This document shows positions 11,233-23,559 of a DNA stretch of 64,000 nucleotides, piece by piece (within the stretch, counting starts at the first letter, position 1; each line of letters begins with the position of its first letter). The translations under genes were made by a program, and so were the position numbers. The notes under the pieces are model-generated. The model searched no databases, was not told the DNA's origin, and saw nothing but the letters and a program-made list of their open reading frames with translations. Origin of the DNA: Sphaerodactylus townsendi (taxonomy: Eukaryota); the NCBI RefSeq assembly GCF_021028975.2, contig NC_059433.1, positions 67,208,001 to 67,272,000 of the forward strand, given 5' to 3'.

Positions 11233-13339
11233 AATCTTGCCCAATCCTCAGCCAAAGCTTCTGCCTTAATAAGGGTTGTGACTTCTCCCTGAGGCCCGGA
11301 GTCTCCCTCTTTCTTCTCCTCACCACCTAACAGTAGCCTAATCAGGTGAATGGGGACCACACTGCAGAACAAGCCATCTCTTCCATGAAATGGAGCCTTC
11401 CCCACCTCCTGCCACCACCCCCTCTCTGCCCCACACCTGAGACACATGTCCCCCTCTACCCCGCCCCACATTTGGCCCTGGTCCCTCCATCAGATACCCT
11501 AGGTTTTCTGCTCCATGCAGCTGAATATGGTACCTGTCATGAAGATAGTTTCAGAAGGTCGCTGTGCTGAGTGGAAGAAGGCAATTGGCCAGTGTCCCGT
11601 GCTGGAATGGCAGTGGACTCTCAGATAGACTTCTCCAGTCCCAAAAGTGAGGGGCCAATTCCTCCAAGCTCAGCTCCAGTTGTATCAGAGATCGCTCTCT
11701 TAGCTTGTCATATGAGAAAATGTCCTTATCTTGGATGACAAGATAGACTTCAACGGAAGGAGGAGGAGACTTTTGCACTGCCGGGTCTGTGTCCTAAAAA
11801 GCCAGAGTTGGACTGGATCTGGTGGGAAATATTTCTTTATTTCAGCCTTTATTTCCCATGCTCAGTTACCTCCAACTGCATTGCCATGTGAAGCAAAAGG
11901 GCCTCCAAAATGTCTGAAGCCTCCGGTAGAAAATAAATCTTTATGAGAACCGATCATTTCTCATCAATAATCGGTCCTCAGAATTCTATCAACAAATCTG
12001 GCAGCCATGGTCAGACTACGTTTCTGCTACTTAAACATCAAATAAGCAGGAACAGAATTAAAAGTGTCTTTTTTTTAATGTCACGTAAGATAATTTATCA
12101 ATCTTTTTTTCTAAATGCAGCTATTGTAATAATATTGTTCTTTCAGTATGTAACCGGACTAGATGAAATCTACCGTTCGCTATTTGGAAATAAGATAGTA
12201 GGAGTGGAAGCCAAAGGGAGGGGGAGGAGGGGGGAACAATGGGCGAGGGGGGGTAACAAGGGGAAGGGATAAGAGGGGAAGTGTTGTGGGTAACTAATTT
12301 TTTTTTAGTTAGACCAAAGCGTTGGTACGAGAAATTTATTTGGAGTAATTACCTGCGTGCATATTTAATGTGAAGAAACAAACAATTATGTATAAGAGAC
12401 TTCCGCCTCTTACTTATTATTTGCTTCTGTATAAGAGACTTCCGCCTCTTACTTACTATTTTTTAAAAATGCAATAAAATATCATTAAATCTTGAAAAAA
12501 GTTGGAGAGTAGGGTGGTCAGCTTCAGGTGGGGAAGTTTGTGGAGATTTGGAATGACGACTGCAGAGGGTGGGATTTGGGGTGGCGAGGCAGCCCAGCAG
12601 AGCATCTTGCAACAGAGCAGGGTCAGAGCAAGGGAGAACGACGCCTGGGGCGTGAGCGTGTCCTGCATCCCTGTTGGGGCGCTGCCCGTCCCAGCCACAC
12701 CCCAGAACGCCCGCTATGCCCCCAGAATGTCCTGGCTACACCCCCTCTGAGTTGTGCTCCCAAGGCGTCATGCACCACCCCGCTCCCTTGGCGCTACATC
12801 ACTGCCGTAGAGTTCACTGTCCAAAGCAGCCATTTTGTCCAGGAGAACTCATCTCTGCAGCTGGGAGATCAGTTGTCATGGCAGCATTGTGATGGCTTTT
12901 GTTTTTGATACTGGCCAAAGCCTAGATAAAAAATAAGGAAAACTTTGGGTTTTCGTCAGCCTGCTTTAAACCATGTTTTCTCCTTTTCAGTTTCGCTTCA
13001 CCCCAATAACAACTGGAGCCATGATTCTTCCTCTTTCGGCATTGTTTCTCATGTTTATTTCCCTCGTAGTTACATACAAGATAATGAATAAGTGATATAC
13101 ATCATAACTTTAAATTGCAATATATGTACTCAATACAAGCAAATCTGCAGAGCTGTTTTTAAAAGCAAAGCCTTTGGCAATAAATTTGAACATAGAGAAA
13201 AAGAAAGTCTGTACTGGATCATTTCTTCATCCATAATTCACAGTTTAAGCAAAATAAAGTGGGAAAGTGGATCATTTCAGATTTCAAATTAGGACAGTTT
13301 ATCAATGAGCCCTCATACATACAAAAAATTTCTCAATTA

Positions 13340-13775
13340 AGAAGAAAAAGAGTTTGGATTTATATCCCCCCTTTCTCTTATGTAGGAGACTCAAAGGGGC
13401 TTACAATCTCCTTGCCCTTCCCCCCTCACAACATAAGAACATAAGAACATAAGAACAAGCCAGCTGGATCAGACCAAAGTCCATCTAGTCCAGCTCTCTG
13501 CTACTCGCAGTGGCCCACCAGGTGCCTTTGGGAGCTCACATGTAGGATGTGAATGCAATGGCCTTCTGCGGCTGTTGCTCCCGATCACCTGGTCTGTTAA
13601 GGCATTTGCAATCTCAGATCAAGGAGGATCAAGATTGGTAGCCATAAATCGACTTCTCCTCCATACATCTGTCCAAGCCCCTTTTAAAGCAAACAAACAC
13701 CCTGTGAGGTGGGTGGGGCTGAGAGAGCTCCGCAAAGCTGTGACTAGCCCAAGGTCACCCAGCTGGCGTGCATGT
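13340..13775 (-). mobile_element. Squam3-like SINE with a nested CR1 3' end at 13431-13690 (duplicate at 29622-30057)
   Basis: SINE body is split at cacaac/aaacaccc by a fragment carrying an (ATAAGAAC)n tail. Confidence 0.78.
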
Positions 13776-15280
13776 GCATAGGAGTATAATTCTGTTTATA
13801 TGGAAAATGAACATATTGTGGAGAAAAAGGAGTCACCCTGCCACCAGTTGTCAGTTTGCACTTGGACAAAGAAGATGAATAAGAGTTTATATTTATACCT
13901 TGATTTTCTCAACCATAAGGAGTCTCAAAATGGCTTACAAACTCCTTCCCTGTGAGGTAGGTGGGGCTGAGAGAGATTTGTGAGAACTGTGACTATGCAA
14001 GGTCACCCAGCAGGCTTCACATGGAGGAGTGGGGAAACAAATCCTGTTCACCAGTGAAGAGTCTGCTGCTGATGTACAGGAGTGGGGAGTCAAACCCAAT
14101 TGTCCAGATTGGGGTCTACCTGCACTTAACTGCTACATCACACTGGCTCTCATAGCCATGTGAGCCACTCAAGGCAGGAGTATGAAGTAAGATCTGTCCC
14201 CTTTCCAAGACTTTTTATTATCTGCCTTTTGATACTTATCAAAATCATCACCCTTTCCCCCCTCCCCAAATTCTGACCTATTCCAGACTTTTACCCTCAC
14301 CTCTTTCTAAATCCTAGGACTGTGAATTCACTGTGTGCTATGATAATTTGTGTCCTTGTATGTTTATTATTTTACCTCTTCTAATAATATTGTTAAATGT
14401 TTAGTCTGGATTCCTGTGGATTGATTGCAAAAACCCTCCTTTGAAAACTCTGGTGGAAAAAATCTTATAATGGTTGCCCACTTCTCATATAGCAATGCGT
14501 GTCCCTGCTAATTCCTCCACTCTAAAAGGGGCAGACCCCAGCATTTTGAGCAACACAATGACCTGTATTTGCCTACTCGTCTGTTCGTCAGTGAGAAGAA
14601 ATAGAGCAATGGTGGATAAAGCTCAGGCACACCTGGTGTTCGGAGGGATTGACTAGTGTTATTTTTACATTGATATATATATCAATGATATATATTGAGA
14701 AATGATATATATTGAGAAATGAAAAGGTAAAGAAGATCTAAAGATATACAGGAGGGGGAAATCATAGGTAACAAAAATGATCCAGCAGGACAAGAAGCGG
14801 AAAGGGGTTGGCAACACTGAGGGGGGCAAGGGGGAAGGCAGGCAGAGCAGCGCGTGGCAGTGGGAGGGGTGAGGCTTGATAGGCTGGCTGTGGGCAGAGG
14901 GAAGGGGTCTGGAGCAAAGCTGTGCTCACTGGCAAATCTGTCCCTCTCTGGCGGCAAAAAAAATTGTAATCATGCTACAAGTGATCTTGCTTGCTGCAGA
15001 GAGATTGGAAAGGAAAAGTGTGGCTTGAAGAATTACATCCATACAAGAAATCTTGCTGTAACAGACATTTGGACCCATTGCATTGAAGACATCTTGTGCA
15101 TTATGGGCCAAGATAAGAGGTGGCTGGCCTTTTCCGGCCTCTGTTCAGTGACACGGGATTTCAGGATTTCATGAGGTTCTTCAATATTAACCACAGCCTC
15201 ACTGGCTTCCAAGATCTGATATGAATACTCTGTGTGTGTGTGTGCGCGCGCGCACATGCATGTATATCCTCATACACAAA

Positions 15281-16318
15281 TTAGACCTGGGTTTCAGCTT
15301 CTTTCCCTCTGCAGTTTTCCTCATCCTTGAATATCCTCTGGAGGGCAACTTTCATCGAGAGCCTAGATCTGCTCTTCTTGTCTCTTCCCACTAAGAAATA
15401 GATTAAGGGGTTAACACTGCAGTTTAGAATTGTACATGCAAAAACAACCATCACCGGAATTACAATCTGATGTGCCTTGGATGAAACAGTAGGAATCACT
15501 GTGGAACTTAGTTCTGAATAACCAAGGTCTGCACTAAACATTAATTCCCCATCAAGGTCATCCAAAACGTAATAGTATGCGAGGGAAGAAAAATAATTCA
15601 CAGGGAAACCAAAGATGAGAAAGAAGAAAAGCGCAAGGAAAATGGTCACTAAAAGTTTTCCCCTCTTGTGTTGCTGGGATTTAAGGCAGATTGTGACAAA
15701 CAAAATGACAGCAGAGAGAGCCATGAGTGGGGTACAAATGACAACATTCACAATAAATAGGAGCCATGTAAATTGCTTTACAAATATGAGAAGGATGTCT
15801 AATCCACTAAGTAGAAAGGAGAGGACCCACATGAAGACACACACCGTTCTGGACAGGTGTGGTCGCCGGTGGCATCGATGCCAAACTGGGAAGAGGACCG
15901 CCACGCACCTGTCAGCACTGATGGCCGTCAGGAGAAACTGGTCAGTGTTATAAAATAATGAGACCACATAAGCAAATATGTAATATTTCAGAGGAGAAAC
16001 AGCATCATGATAAAGGACTGCAATGATAAACTCATATACCACATATATACATTCCAAAATGCTGAGTATGAGGACCCCAATATCAGCAATTGCCAAGTTC
16101 AGGATGTAGGTTGTGAAAGGAGTCCTCTTCATGCGGAAGCCAAGAAGCCAGACGACGGTCCCATTCCCCACAATTCCAAGAATGCAAGTTAGAAATAGGA
16201 GGATAGAGAAAACAATGAAAATTGGCATAAAAGGTTCTTGGCTCTTTTGTGAGTAGCCCGTTGAGATATTAAAGTTATATTCAGTAATATTCATAACGTT
16301 TTGAGTCTTCATCCTCAT
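15281..16318 (-). CDS. MAS-related GPCR, type B, copy B1 (~345 aa)
   Basis: GNGTVVWLLGF, YILNLAIAD, LLTAISADRC, FPVWHRCHRR, LNCSVNPLIYFLVG. First ATG at 16318 (the track start 16327 is TTG). Acceptor ttttctttttctttcAG at 16606-16607. Confidence 0.95.
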   Translation of the reverse strand: MRMKTQNVMNITEYNFNISTGYSQKSQEPFMPIFIVFSILLFLTCILGIVGNGTVVWLLGFRMKRTPFTTYILNLAIADIGVLILSILECIYVVYEFIIAVLYHDAVSPLKYYIFAYVVSLFYNTDQFLLTAISADRCVAVLFPVWHRCHRRPHLSRTVCVFMWVLSFLLSGLDILLIFVKQFTWLLFIVNVVICTPLMALSAVILFVTICLKSQQHKRGKLLVTIFLALFFFLIFGFPVNYFSSLAYYYVLDDLDGELMFSADLGYSELSSTVIPTVSSKAHQIVIPVMVVFACTILNCSVNPLIYFLVGRDKKSRSRLSMKVALQRIFKDEENCRGKEAETQV

Positions 16319-16738
16319 AGAAATCAAATTTCAGTCTTTGAATTAACCACCACGGCTGCCAGGTCCGAAATTTTGTATTTTCTCATCTATCTGCTTTTTC
16401 TTGGATAAAACAGACATATGCCAATTCAGTTCATGCTGCAGGACTGAACATGGGACATTTCTAAACTTGTATCACCTGAGCCATGCATGAAACCCACACG
16501 ACAGTCTGTTAATACGGATGTACCTTACTTAATATAAAACGACTACAGCTGTTTCATTATCAAGGTTTCCCATAAGGTGGATGAGCAGTGTTGCCTTTGA
16601 GACCCCTGAAAGAAAAAGAAAAGGCAAACTCATTCAAACTAGGCAACAATACCACACCAAAGTGTAAAGAACAACAGCAGCATGCAGTCTGCTATTGCAT
16701 ATTTTCAATGCCAGATGAAATATATGCATAATAATAAT

Positions 16739-17021
16739 AAGAAGAGTTTGGATTTATATCCCCCCTTTCTCTCCTGTAGGAGACTCAAAGGGGCTGACAA
16801 TCTCCTTGCCCTTCCCCCCTCACAACAAACACCCTGTGAGGCGGGTGGGTCTGAGAGAGCTCAGAAGAACTGTGACTAGCCCAAGGTCACCCAGCCGGCA
16901 TGTGTGGGAGTGGACAGGCTAATCTGAATTCCCCAGATAAGCCTCCACAGCTCAGGCGGCAGAGCTGGGAATCAAACCCAGTTCCTGCAGATTAGATACA
17001 CGAGCTCTTAACCTCCTACTC
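16739..17021 (-). mobile_element. Squam3-like SINE (duplicate at 33018-33300)
   Basis: Full reverse copy of the 9077 family. Confidence 0.8.
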
Positions 17022-17883
17022 CAAACAAGCGCATAAAGGAATGGTTGTTTTCCCAGGACATTTTTAGCTAAGAGTCATTGCAAGGTAGACTGAGCAGAAA
17101 CATATTTTTTTCTTAGTCAGTCCCTCTACGTCACCCATAATTATTGTTTCAGATCACATGCCATTCTTTTCTTCTTCATTTTCAGGAAACATTATCATAC
17201 TTTTTTTTAATAAACAAATCCCTTTCTACCAAAGGTTAGCCATTTACCAACATGATATGAATAACTGAGGTGTGACCATAACTTTGGACCCCCTGAACCA
17301 AACTTCACCAAAACTGGGATGGTATCATCAGGAGAGTCTCCTGAAGATACCCTGAAATGTTGATACAGTTAGCATAACAATTGCACCCCTGACAGCAGGC
17401 ACGCTCCAAATTTCCCCAGATTCTCCTTTTAAATCCACTCCTTTGGTATGGCCTCTAAGGCATAGGTTTGCATTTCAAGTTGCTTGAAAACGGATCTTTT
17501 AAAACTTGGATTTTTGCTACCAAAGGGAGAATCTGAGGTCCCCAGTTTAAACATTGAAAGTGATGCTGTTTCGGGGTGGGGGATAATCTCCAATTTAGAG
17601 TCCACTGCTCTCAACCACTACACCAGGACAAGGAGACAGAACGTGTTGTGACGATAAAGAATCTATCGATTCAATTTACTTGATGGAGAAGCAAAATTGA
17701 AAAAAACAAATAAGAGAAATTCCAAACCCTCCTTGTAGTAAAGGTTGCCTTTCTAGAAACCATGGACGAGAAGTGTGTGTGGGGTGAGATGCCAAGAAGA
17801 ATTCACTAAGCATGCATTTCATGCAGAGGATAACCTACTTTCTTCTGATCCAAAGTTTTCCCAATTGAAGACAAGGAGCTTAC

Positions 17884-18030
17884 GGTTCTTCTTCAGAACT
17901 TCAGGGTCACCGATGTCAGATGTCTTCTTGGGATTGCAGTGAATTTGTCCAGCTAGCATGGAGTGTCAAATGCAGTGCAGAAAATGCCCGAGAAGTAGTT
18001 TATATAGACCAGCAAGGGTGGGGCACGGGC
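17884..18030 (-). promoter_or_regulatory. Candidate type B core promoter and non-coding exon 1 (copies ~34162-34308 on -, ~58535-58685 on +)
   Basis: CCCCACCC box, TATATAAA at 17999-18006, donor CC|GTAAGC at 17882-17883. The block is conserved upstream of all three B genes. Confidence 0.45.
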
Positions 18031-18876
18031 CATATATGAGGAGGTCACTTCCTACCAGTCCATTAGCCAGATAGGCCATTAGCCATGGGTAAAGCTCCAT
18101 TACTCTCCCCAGCTGCTTTTGCAGACTCCAAAGTGTGGAAGAAATTGTTTTGAAAAGATGGAGTCTCAAGAGCAACTCGCTCTGCATATTCCGGAAAACT
18201 TGTGGGGCCTCTAAGGCATAGGTTTGCATTCCAAGTTGCTTGAAAATGGATCTTGGATTTTTGCTACCAAAGGGAAATTATTTCACAGCATCCCTTTTAT
18301 CGCATATCATCTTTAATCTTACATAATGTCAAAAAAACCTTTCCCCGGTGCTCATCCACTTAGCCTCCGGTTGGTGGAGCAGGCATTTTGTACTCTTTCT
18401 GATCATAACCATAATAAGACAATAACTAAGAAGATCCTATATAATGGATCTTCAATTATTGTGTAGTAGCATCAGTTATGGGAAACTATCAAGGATCTCA
18501 AAACAGATTAACTTGTAAGGATGGGTTGCTGGACACCAAGATCCACATAATTCATAATGTAATATTCCCCATGGCAAACCAGCATGGTTGGATCTGGGAA
18601 ACCCAAGTTTGAATCTGCACTCTGCCGTGGAAGCTTTCTGGGTGACTTTGGGCCAGTCACACACTGGCAGCCTTGATCCCAGCAAGTATTTGGATGGGAG
18701 ATTTCCATGGAATACTAGGGGTGTGACGGAGGGCTGGCAATTGCAACCCCCTCTGAATGTCTCTCTCCTTGAACACCTCTCTTGATTTAACCTGGGAGCT
18801 TCTTTCTGACTCCACACTTGTGCTGCTGTGGTGGGGGGGCAGATTAAAAAACCCCTTGGGATTATGCAGAAACAGA

Positions 18877-19711
18877 GGCCCTTTCCGCACTGCGGAAAGG
18901 GCGCCCCTGCACCAGCAGGAATTCTGCCGGTGGAGGGGTGGGGGCCATTCGCACGGGAGCGTGCGAGCGGCCCCCGCAGAGGCCGGCGCGGGAGAGGCGG
19001 CTCCACATGGAGCCGCCTCTTCCCCGTCCCCCCCCCCACTCACCTCGTCGCCTTCGTCGCTCTGCTGGACTCCTAAGACCCGCCCATGCTGCCCTCCGAC
19101 CCCAGGGGTCGGAGGACAGCGAGGGAAGGTCCCAGCAGTCCAGTAGAGCAACGAAGGCGACGAGGTGAGTGGGAGAGGGATGGGAAAAACAGCGGGAACG
19201 TGCGGAATGGCAAAATCCACTTGCAAACAGTTGTGAAAGTGGTTTGAAAATGCATTATTTTGCATGTGCAGAGGCCGGCGCAGGAGAGGCGGTTCCACAT
19301 GGAGCCTCTTCCCCTTCCCTCTCCCACATATCTCGTCGCTGTCGTCGCCCTGCTGGCCTCCTAAGCCCCGCCCACGCTGCCCTCCGACCTCCAGGGGTCG
19401 GAGGACAGCGAGGGAGGGTCTTAGGAGGACAGCAGGGCGACGACGGCGACGAGGTAAGTGGGAGAGGGACGGGGAAACAGCGTGTTCCCGGCGGTGCTGT
19501 TCGCACCGCGCCGCCGGGAACACGCTGTTTACTCAAAAACTACCCTTTAAACGGGTGTTTTTGAGGGCGGCCTGACGCCACCCTGAGGGAGGGGAAGGGG
19601 AGCCAGGTCGGCGCTGCTGTGTTTCAGCAGCGCCGCCTGTGCGAACGGCGGCCTGGGGACGGCGTTTTTGCCGTCCCCAGGCTGCCGTTTTTGGCCCGTG
19701 CGGAAAGGGCC
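18877..19711 (+). mobile_element. Composite GC-rich Harbinger-type element (duplicate 35155-35990; relative ~57020-57510)
   Basis: TIR ggccctttccgcac...gtgcggaaagggcc, internal direct and inverted repeats, captured core of the 140-bp MITE. Confidence 0.75.
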
Positions 19712-21054
19712 TATGTTTCATGTCATACAATACCCTGAGCCCATTTGGAGATGGGCATCTCATAAATCAAATGAGTAAAGGAATAAAATAAATAATAAAC
19801 AGTTCTACTACTGGGAACCAACGTGGTTACCCCCATGGAACTCAATATGGGTCTGCAAAGGACTAACTTGAGAACCAACAGCTTTCTTTCTATTTTTTTG
19901 TGAAACTACATGACAAGAGAATAGACAGCCAGATGTCTTATGCAGCTTTTTATTTGCATTGGAGAAAATGGCATCAACAAGCAATTAGACAGGAAATTCT
20001 TAACAAACAGCAGATGTTCAAGGAATATGCAGTCCAGCATTTTATTAGTATTTTCTGGTTACTTGTTGTATATATTACAAAAGGAGTAAGAAGTGTGTAG
20101 CATATGAACCTTTCAGAAAATGATTAAATGTGCAATTCCACACTTGCTTTCTTGGGAGAAAGCTCCACTGAACTTCACCAGCAAACACACATAGGATGTT
20201 TGCTGCTTAAATCAGGAAGGTAAAATCCTGCTTGACCAACATGCGGAAAATTTGCCCTGTAGATACCAAGTCTATCTCTCTAATTTTCCTCAGGACTACA
20301 GCTGCCCAGTTGTATACTCAGCAAACTATACTTCCCAGGGTCCCAATGTGCAATGTATCCCACGAAGAAAAGGACTGAAATCTGGTTCCGATCAAGCTGA
20401 TGTTTCCAGGGGTGTTGATGAATGAATTGAACTAGAAGTGTGTGACTTGGGGCCTTTCCCCACTCACCGTTTGCTGCGTGCTACTCTTGCCAAATGGCCT
20501 TGAGGTCAACTACACTCCCACTACAGGAAGTAGCATAGCCGCTGACTCTGCAACTCTCAGCCCCCCCCCTCAGCGTCATTTCTAGTGCTGCTGAAAAGTA
20601 AACCTTTGATCTTTGATAAGGACAGTGGGGGGCAGTGGGGAACCCACAATCAGCATGAAAAGATCCATGCGGATGAAACCGACATCATTTTTTTAAAAGT
20701 GGGAAGCTTGGCTTTGGTTGTGCTGAATTGCAGAAGAACAACTGCCAAAAGAAGGAAATATTATAAGAATTCCTTCTTGTTTCTTTTATTTTGCCTTGGT
20801 GAGAGGATCCAAATCTGGATCCTAGGTGTTTATGGTAAGGATGAAAGAGGATAATGTTGTGTTCAGGCCTTCTTCTAGGTTGCAAGATGTTATGCAATGA
20901 CATCAGGGAACTGTCTGGAGACAGAGAGTTCATTTAAAATCTTTGGTATAGAATATGTCATACTCCTACAGCTTTTCCTCATATGGTCTAGAAATACAAT
21001 GGAATCTTCCTGTGACAAAGCTTTTGGCTCTTGGAATGGCACCATATCTGGAGT

Positions 21055-21984
21055 TCAACTGGGGTTCCTCTCAGTACAGCCTTCTTCTTCCTTGAAAACA
21101 TTCTGGAGGATCATCTTCATGTGCTCCTTACGTCTAGACTTCCTTTGTCTCCCAACCAGAGTATAGATAGCTGGGTTTACACTGCTATTTAGACAGGCTA
21201 ATAGCATTGCACTGTAAAATATGTATATTGACCAATAATTGAAATAGAAAAAATTGAGGATGAAAATGATATTTAATGGAAAAGCAAAGAAAAGGAAGAA
21301 GACAAGAGTGAGCAAGATGACAGTCAAAAGCTTCCTCCTCTGATGCTGCCGAGCTTTTACATGGAGTTTAATGAACAGGGCCACCGTGGCAACAGTCATG
21401 ATTGGAAGGCAAAGCAGCCCATTCACAAAAAATTGGGCATATCCTTCAATCCCAGTTTGTCCAGCTAAAATGAGAGTGCAGGTAACTGCAGTTAGCAGGA
21501 CGGAGAGGACCCATATGAGTGCACAAACAACACTGGACAAACATGTTGGCTGGTGGCATTTATACCAAAGCGGGAAGAAGACAGCCACAGACCTGTCAAT
21601 GCTGATAGCAGTCAGTAGAAACTGACTAGCGCTGTACATTAATAAGAGTAGGAAGAAGGACAATTGGACAGTGATGTGAAGAACAACATCAAAGGGGAAA
21701 AAGCGATAAACAGCATGAATTGTAGAAGATAGAAGGACCCCAAGATCAGCAATGGCCAAGTTCAGGATGTAGATGATAAAATAATTCCTCTTAATGCGGA
21801 AGCCAAGAAGCCAGATGACAACTCCATTCCCCACGGCTCCCAAAAGGCAGATGACCAATATCAAGATACAAAGAACTTTCTTATTATTCTGGCTTTCATA
21901 ATCAAAGATATTATCATATTCAATGCTGTCATTTGGTAAAGAAATGTTATCAAGGTCGTTATAATATTCCAGGGCAGTATCCAT
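21055..21984 (-). CDS. MAS-related GPCR, type A, copy A2 (~309 aa)
   Basis: Same motifs as A1, with DRC changed to DRS. The ATG orthologous to A1/A3/A4 is at 21984 (track start 22026 is TTG). Acceptor at 22072-22073. Confidence 0.95.
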   Translation of the reverse strand: MDTALEYYNDLDNISLPNDSIEYDNIFDYESQNNKKVLCILILVICLLGAVGNGVVIWLLGFRIKRNYFIIYILNLAIADLGVLLSSTIHAVYRFFPFDVVLHITVQLSFFLLLLMYSASQFLLTAISIDRSVAVFFPLWYKCHQPTCLSSVVCALIWVLSVLLTAVTCTLILAGQTGIEGYAQFFVNGLLCLPIMTVATVALFIKLHVKARQHQRRKLLTVILLTLVFFLFFAFPLNIIFILNFFYFNYWSIYIFYSAMLLACLNSSVNPAIYTLVGRQRKSRRKEHMKMILQNVFKEEEGCTERNPS

Positions 21985-22715
21985 AATGGAAAGGATCGTC
22001 AGGCTGATATTGGTTATGATGGTCAATTTCTATTTTCGGGATTTTTGTCTTGACTCCTCGCCTTTACACTTCTGTCAGGAGAAAGAACAATGCATGATGA
22101 CATTCTTTTTTTATTATCTCTATTTTATCTCTCCCTATTAAGAAAGGAATGGTCCTAAATACCATACCTCTGGATATGCTTTTTGAGTTTTGTTTCACCA
22201 CCTGTTAAAGTGTGAAGTGGGGGGGGGGAACACATTGTTATCTAACTGCACATGGTGTATGCTTTTTATTATTGTTTTAGTATTGAAACCTAATAAAATA
22301 TATATTTTTAAAAATGAAATTCTTGTTTTGGAACTTCATGGCTAAAGGTTTCAGTCCAGGGTTGCTGAAGTTTTTAAAACATAATTCTTATATGTTTTGT
22401 ACATAATTCCTTTTCTTAGTTTGAGGGCTTAGAAAGAGGTTGAATACTTTTCTGATTCATGCATGAAATAAAATCATTCTGCATATCACAGAAATCTCAC
22501 ACTTTAGCTTTATGCACCCATTAATTTGACTATTCTACGATAGGTCAATTTTTTTTTGCCAAGCCTATTTGCCAAAGTGAATACCAAGAATGTAATGTTT
22601 AAAATTTCATGGTTTTCTAACATCGTAAAATTCTCTGTGGGCTGCAATCAACATAACCACTATTAATCCCTTGAATGCTGTTTTTCTGTTTTGTTCTCCC
22701 CATATTGTTAACTGA

Positions 22716-22856
22716 GGCTGATTCCGCATGGGCCAAAAACAGCAGTGTGAAAACGGTGTGAAAATGGTGTAAAAGGCTTTAAAACGGTGTAAAAGGGTTT
22801 TATGCTGTTTTCACACCGTTTTCACACCGCTGTTTTTGGCCCATGCGGAATCAGCC
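22716..22856. mobile_element. Palindromic Harbinger-type MITE
   Basis: Long, near-perfect TIRs ggctgattccgcatgggccaaaaacagc, TSD TGA; empty site at ~38710. Confidence 0.85.
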
Positions 22857-23031
22857 TGAGCCAATGCATAATATGTGCCATTTCAATAAATAGTTTCCAC
22901 AAACTGTGACGCTACATGACCATCATTGGCTCATATATGCCTTAATGGTACAAAATGATAAATATAGTCTGTGCAAGAACTTGGCTATTACTGACCTATG
23001 AGTAAAGGTCACATCGTAACATTTACTAAAC

Positions 23032-23559
23032 CAGCGATGGCGAACCTATGGCACGGGTGCCAGAGGTGGCACTCAGAGCCCTCTCTGTGGGCACACACAG
23101 AGTTCATCATGTGGGGGGGAAATCACCCCCCCCCCCACATCTAGGTTGGCCTGTGCCACTGGGCTCGATTATTAGAATTCAACCTAAGACCTAGTTTTGG
23201 GTAAGCAGTATAGGTAACCCTGTTAAGCGCTGTTAAACCCCACTGATTTTCATGCAAAGAACTAAAGTGTGATCCTTTCCCTGGGAGTAAGCTCAGTTGC
23301 TGGCAATGTGGCTTGCTTCTGAGCAAACCCTCCTAGGGTTGTGATTCACCAGTTTGAAGAGTTGCATGGTTGCTTCAAAACAAAGCCAACAACTACCACC
23401 AAGCCTACTCCCGAGTAACGCACACCTCAGAGCCCACCATTTTTTCTTAACTAAACCCTCAGTATTCAGGTTAAATTGCCTTGTTGGCACTTCGCGATAA
23501 ATATGTGGGGTTTGGGTTGCAGTTTGGGCACTCGGTCTCAAAAAGGTTCGCCATCACTG
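23032..23559 (+). mobile_element. hAT MITE (duplicate starts at 38892 and is cut by the gap)
   Basis: TIR cagcgatggcgaacct/aggttcgccatcactg, 8-bp TSD tactaaac/tactaaat. Confidence 0.82.

Larger units (their letters stand above)
10302..23169. repeat. Segmental duplication unit 1 (PAXIP1 fragment + B gene + A gene); partner ~26520-39029
   Basis: Identical short ORFs recur at an offset of ~16.28 kb (13092/29374, 14474/30756, 15281/31563, 18476/34754). Confidence 0.92.

Noticed and set aside
10620-11950. Possible endogenous viral element in the repeated block
   Set aside because: No viral motif recognised; explained by the PAXIP1 exon 1 region plus flanks.
15615-15953. Antisense ORFs over the receptor genes
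   Set aside because: Shadow frames of the GPCR coding sequence.
17966-18229. 73-87 aa ORF shared by all three B upstream blocks
   Set aside because: It overlaps the candidate TATA/promoter, no homologue is recognised, and persistence is explicable by recent duplication.
18476-19763. Many overlapping 80-290 aa ORFs (also 2039-2736, 25330-25931, 34754-36042)
   Set aside because: GC-rich non-autonomous transposons are open in most frames; no transposase motifs.
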